Assembly (NCBI RefSeq): GCF_900102965.1
Contig: NZ_FNGM01000005.1
Span: forward strand, 45,407-77,406
DNA from: Paenibacillus jilunlii
GTDB lineage: Bacteria > Bacillota > Bacilli > Paenibacillales > Paenibacillaceae
Direction: 5' to 3'
DNA: 32,000 nucleotides
Shown here: piece after piece, positions 30,705-32,000 of the stretch
How positions within the stretch are numbered: the first letter of the stretch is position 1
Layout of the letters: each line of letters opens with the position of its first letter
The notes under the pieces: model-generated
Told to the model about the DNA's origin: nothing
Databases searched by the model: none
Seen by the model: only the letters and a program-made list of their open reading frames with translations
Made by a program: the position numbers and the translations under genes

Positions 30705-32000
30705 TTACCATTTCCCTGCAACACGGTCTTGCACAGCCTTGGTAATGAAATCCTCATACGTTTTTTTGTCCAGCTTGTTGAACTGATTCATGTAATCGTC
30801 CCAATTCTTGCTGAAATTGGCCGGTGTGTCCAGAATCATTGTAGGCAGATGCGTCCGCTGGAGATCATCCGCTTTGGTGATGAACATCTGCTCAGGCGAT
30901 CCCTGTTCCAGGGCAATGGACCAGGCGGGAGACCATGGACGCTCATCCGGATTGCTGAAAAGCCCACTGAAGGTCTTCACACCATAAGCTGCAAGCAGCT
31001 GCTTGTCACCGTCCGTATATCCGTAGGATGCCACCTCCGGCTGGTTGCCGGGACCATAGGCATTTCCGTCCTGCAGAACGGAGTTGTTTCCGTAACGCGG
31101 CCAGCTGTAATTGAAATAGTCGAAGCCGAATTTCATGCTCTTTTCGGGATCTTCGTGGATTTGGCGTTGTTCATCGTTGGCATACGTGAAGCGGCCTTTT
31201 TCGTCAACAGTATAGCTTTGGTCCTTGATGCCCCACTGAACCAGAATCTGATTTTCTTCCTTCAGCAGGTTATCGAAGTACTTGATAATGCGGACCGGGT
31301 CTTTGGCCTTGACGGTAATGCCTACCCCGTAGTTGTTGACAAAGCCGGGAGGGTCAATATATTGATCCTTAATTCCCTTATCGAACACGATCGGCAGCGC
31401 TACATACCGTTTATCATCATTGCCGGCTTTCTTCAGATTGTTGGTTGCGTCCCCAACCTGCCAGGAGTAGCTGAAATAACCGAGTACACGTCCAGAGGTC
31501 AGCTTTGCCAAATACTGGTCTCTATTCATGGTAAAGGATTCAGGATCGACCAGCCCTTCAGCATTGGCCTCATTCAGCTTCCCGATCCACCGCTTCTGAT
31601 ATTCGGAGCCCGCCACCAGCTTGGCCTCATGGGTTTTCATGTCCACCATGGTGCTGCCGTCGTTGGGATAGCCGGCCAAGTGCATCGCCGGATTCTGGAG
31701 AGTAAAGAAGCTGCCCTGCTCACCGGCAAAGGTAGCGAAACCGATGGTGTCCTTGCCGTCCACCTGCGGGTGCTTTTCCTTATACTGCTTGATCAGATCG
31801 AAATATTCGTCCAATGTGGTGATTTTAGGATAATTGAACTCTTTCAATACGGAGCGCTGAATATAGAACCCCGTCTGGAAATTAGGTTCTGAAACGTAGC
31901 CGATATTGGCTCCATAAGGGAAGAAGTAGATTTTCCCGTCCTTCTGTCTGAATTTATCAAAATATGGGCCATATACACGCTTGATGTTGGGGCCATACTT
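30705..32000 (-). CDS. Extracellular solute-binding protein (LplA-like), C-terminal part; gene continues past window end
   Basis: The ORF-track entry 30705..31847 begins at an internal TTG. The same frame stays open for all 51 codons up to position 32000 (KYGPNIKRVYGPYFDKFRQKDGKIYFFPYGANIGYVSEPNFQTGFYIQRSV-). The size and position upstream of two permeases fit the large LplA-type lipoprotein family. Confidence 0.8.
   Translation of the reverse strand, partial: KYGPNIKRVYGPYFDKFRQKDGKIYFFPYGANIGYVSEPNFQTGFYIQRSVLKEFNYPKITTLDEYFDLIKQYKEKHPQVDGKDTIGFATFAGEQGSFFTLQNPAMHLAGYPNDGSTMVDMKTHEAKLVAGSEYQKRWIGKLNEANAEGLVDPESFTMNRDQYLAKLTSGRVLGYFSYSWQVGDATNNLKKAGNDDKRYVALPIVFDKGIKDQYIDPPGFVNNYGVGITVKAKDPVRIIKYFDNLLKEENQILVQWGIKDQSYTVDEKGRFTYANDEQRQIHEDPEKSMKFGFDYFNYSWPRYGNNSVLQDGNAYGPGNQPEVASYGYTDGDKQLLAAYGVKTFSGLFSNPDERPWSPAWSIALEQGSPEQMFITKADDLQRTHLPTMILDTPANFSKNWDDYMNQFNKLDKKTYEDFITKAVQDRVAGKW

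Overview
The window looks like a chromosomal segment of a Paenibacillus-type (Bacillales) genome. This is inferred from gene content and from reference proteins recalled from memory, since no database search was possible. I support 28 protein-coding genes, 25 of them on the minus strand. I found no rRNA, tRNA, CRISPR array, transposase or integrase. In window coordinates the content is: a partial Opp/Dpp-type permease; a DUF1349 protein; the acetoin dehydrogenase genes acoA-acoB-acoC-acoL followed in the same orientation by sigL (sigma-54) and acoR, behind a textbook -24/-12 promoter (TGGCACGGAATTTGCT, 9361..9346 minus); an orphan DUF2278/YukJ-like gene beside about 0.5 kb of repeat-filled non-coding DNA; a MurNAc recycling operon (murQ-murP-mupG-murR-EIIA); a vanR-vanS-vanZ / vanH-ligase-vanX glycopeptide-resistance cluster; a tetR + MMPL transporter pair on the plus strand; then an alpha/beta hydrolase, an AraC regulator, a type-B carboxylesterase and an LplABC-type sugar ABC transporter whose binding protein runs off the window. 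Observations most worth a second look: (i) the van cluster appears to mix VanA-like enzymes with VanB-like regulators, has no mobile-element flanks, and carries a ~30% GC vanZ-like gene between vanS and vanH. (ii) Both van promoters carry CTACAG hexamers phased at 11 bp, with identical pho-box-like geometry. (iii) The sigma-54 gene sits between its target operon and its activator, with a cre over its leader. (iv) A hairpin-forming intergenic repeat family occurs at two loci 14 kb apart. (v) A 36-nt in-frame tandem repeat lies in the MMPL transporter. Several ORF-track starts are over-extended and were re-called from RBS position and recalled homologue N-termini.
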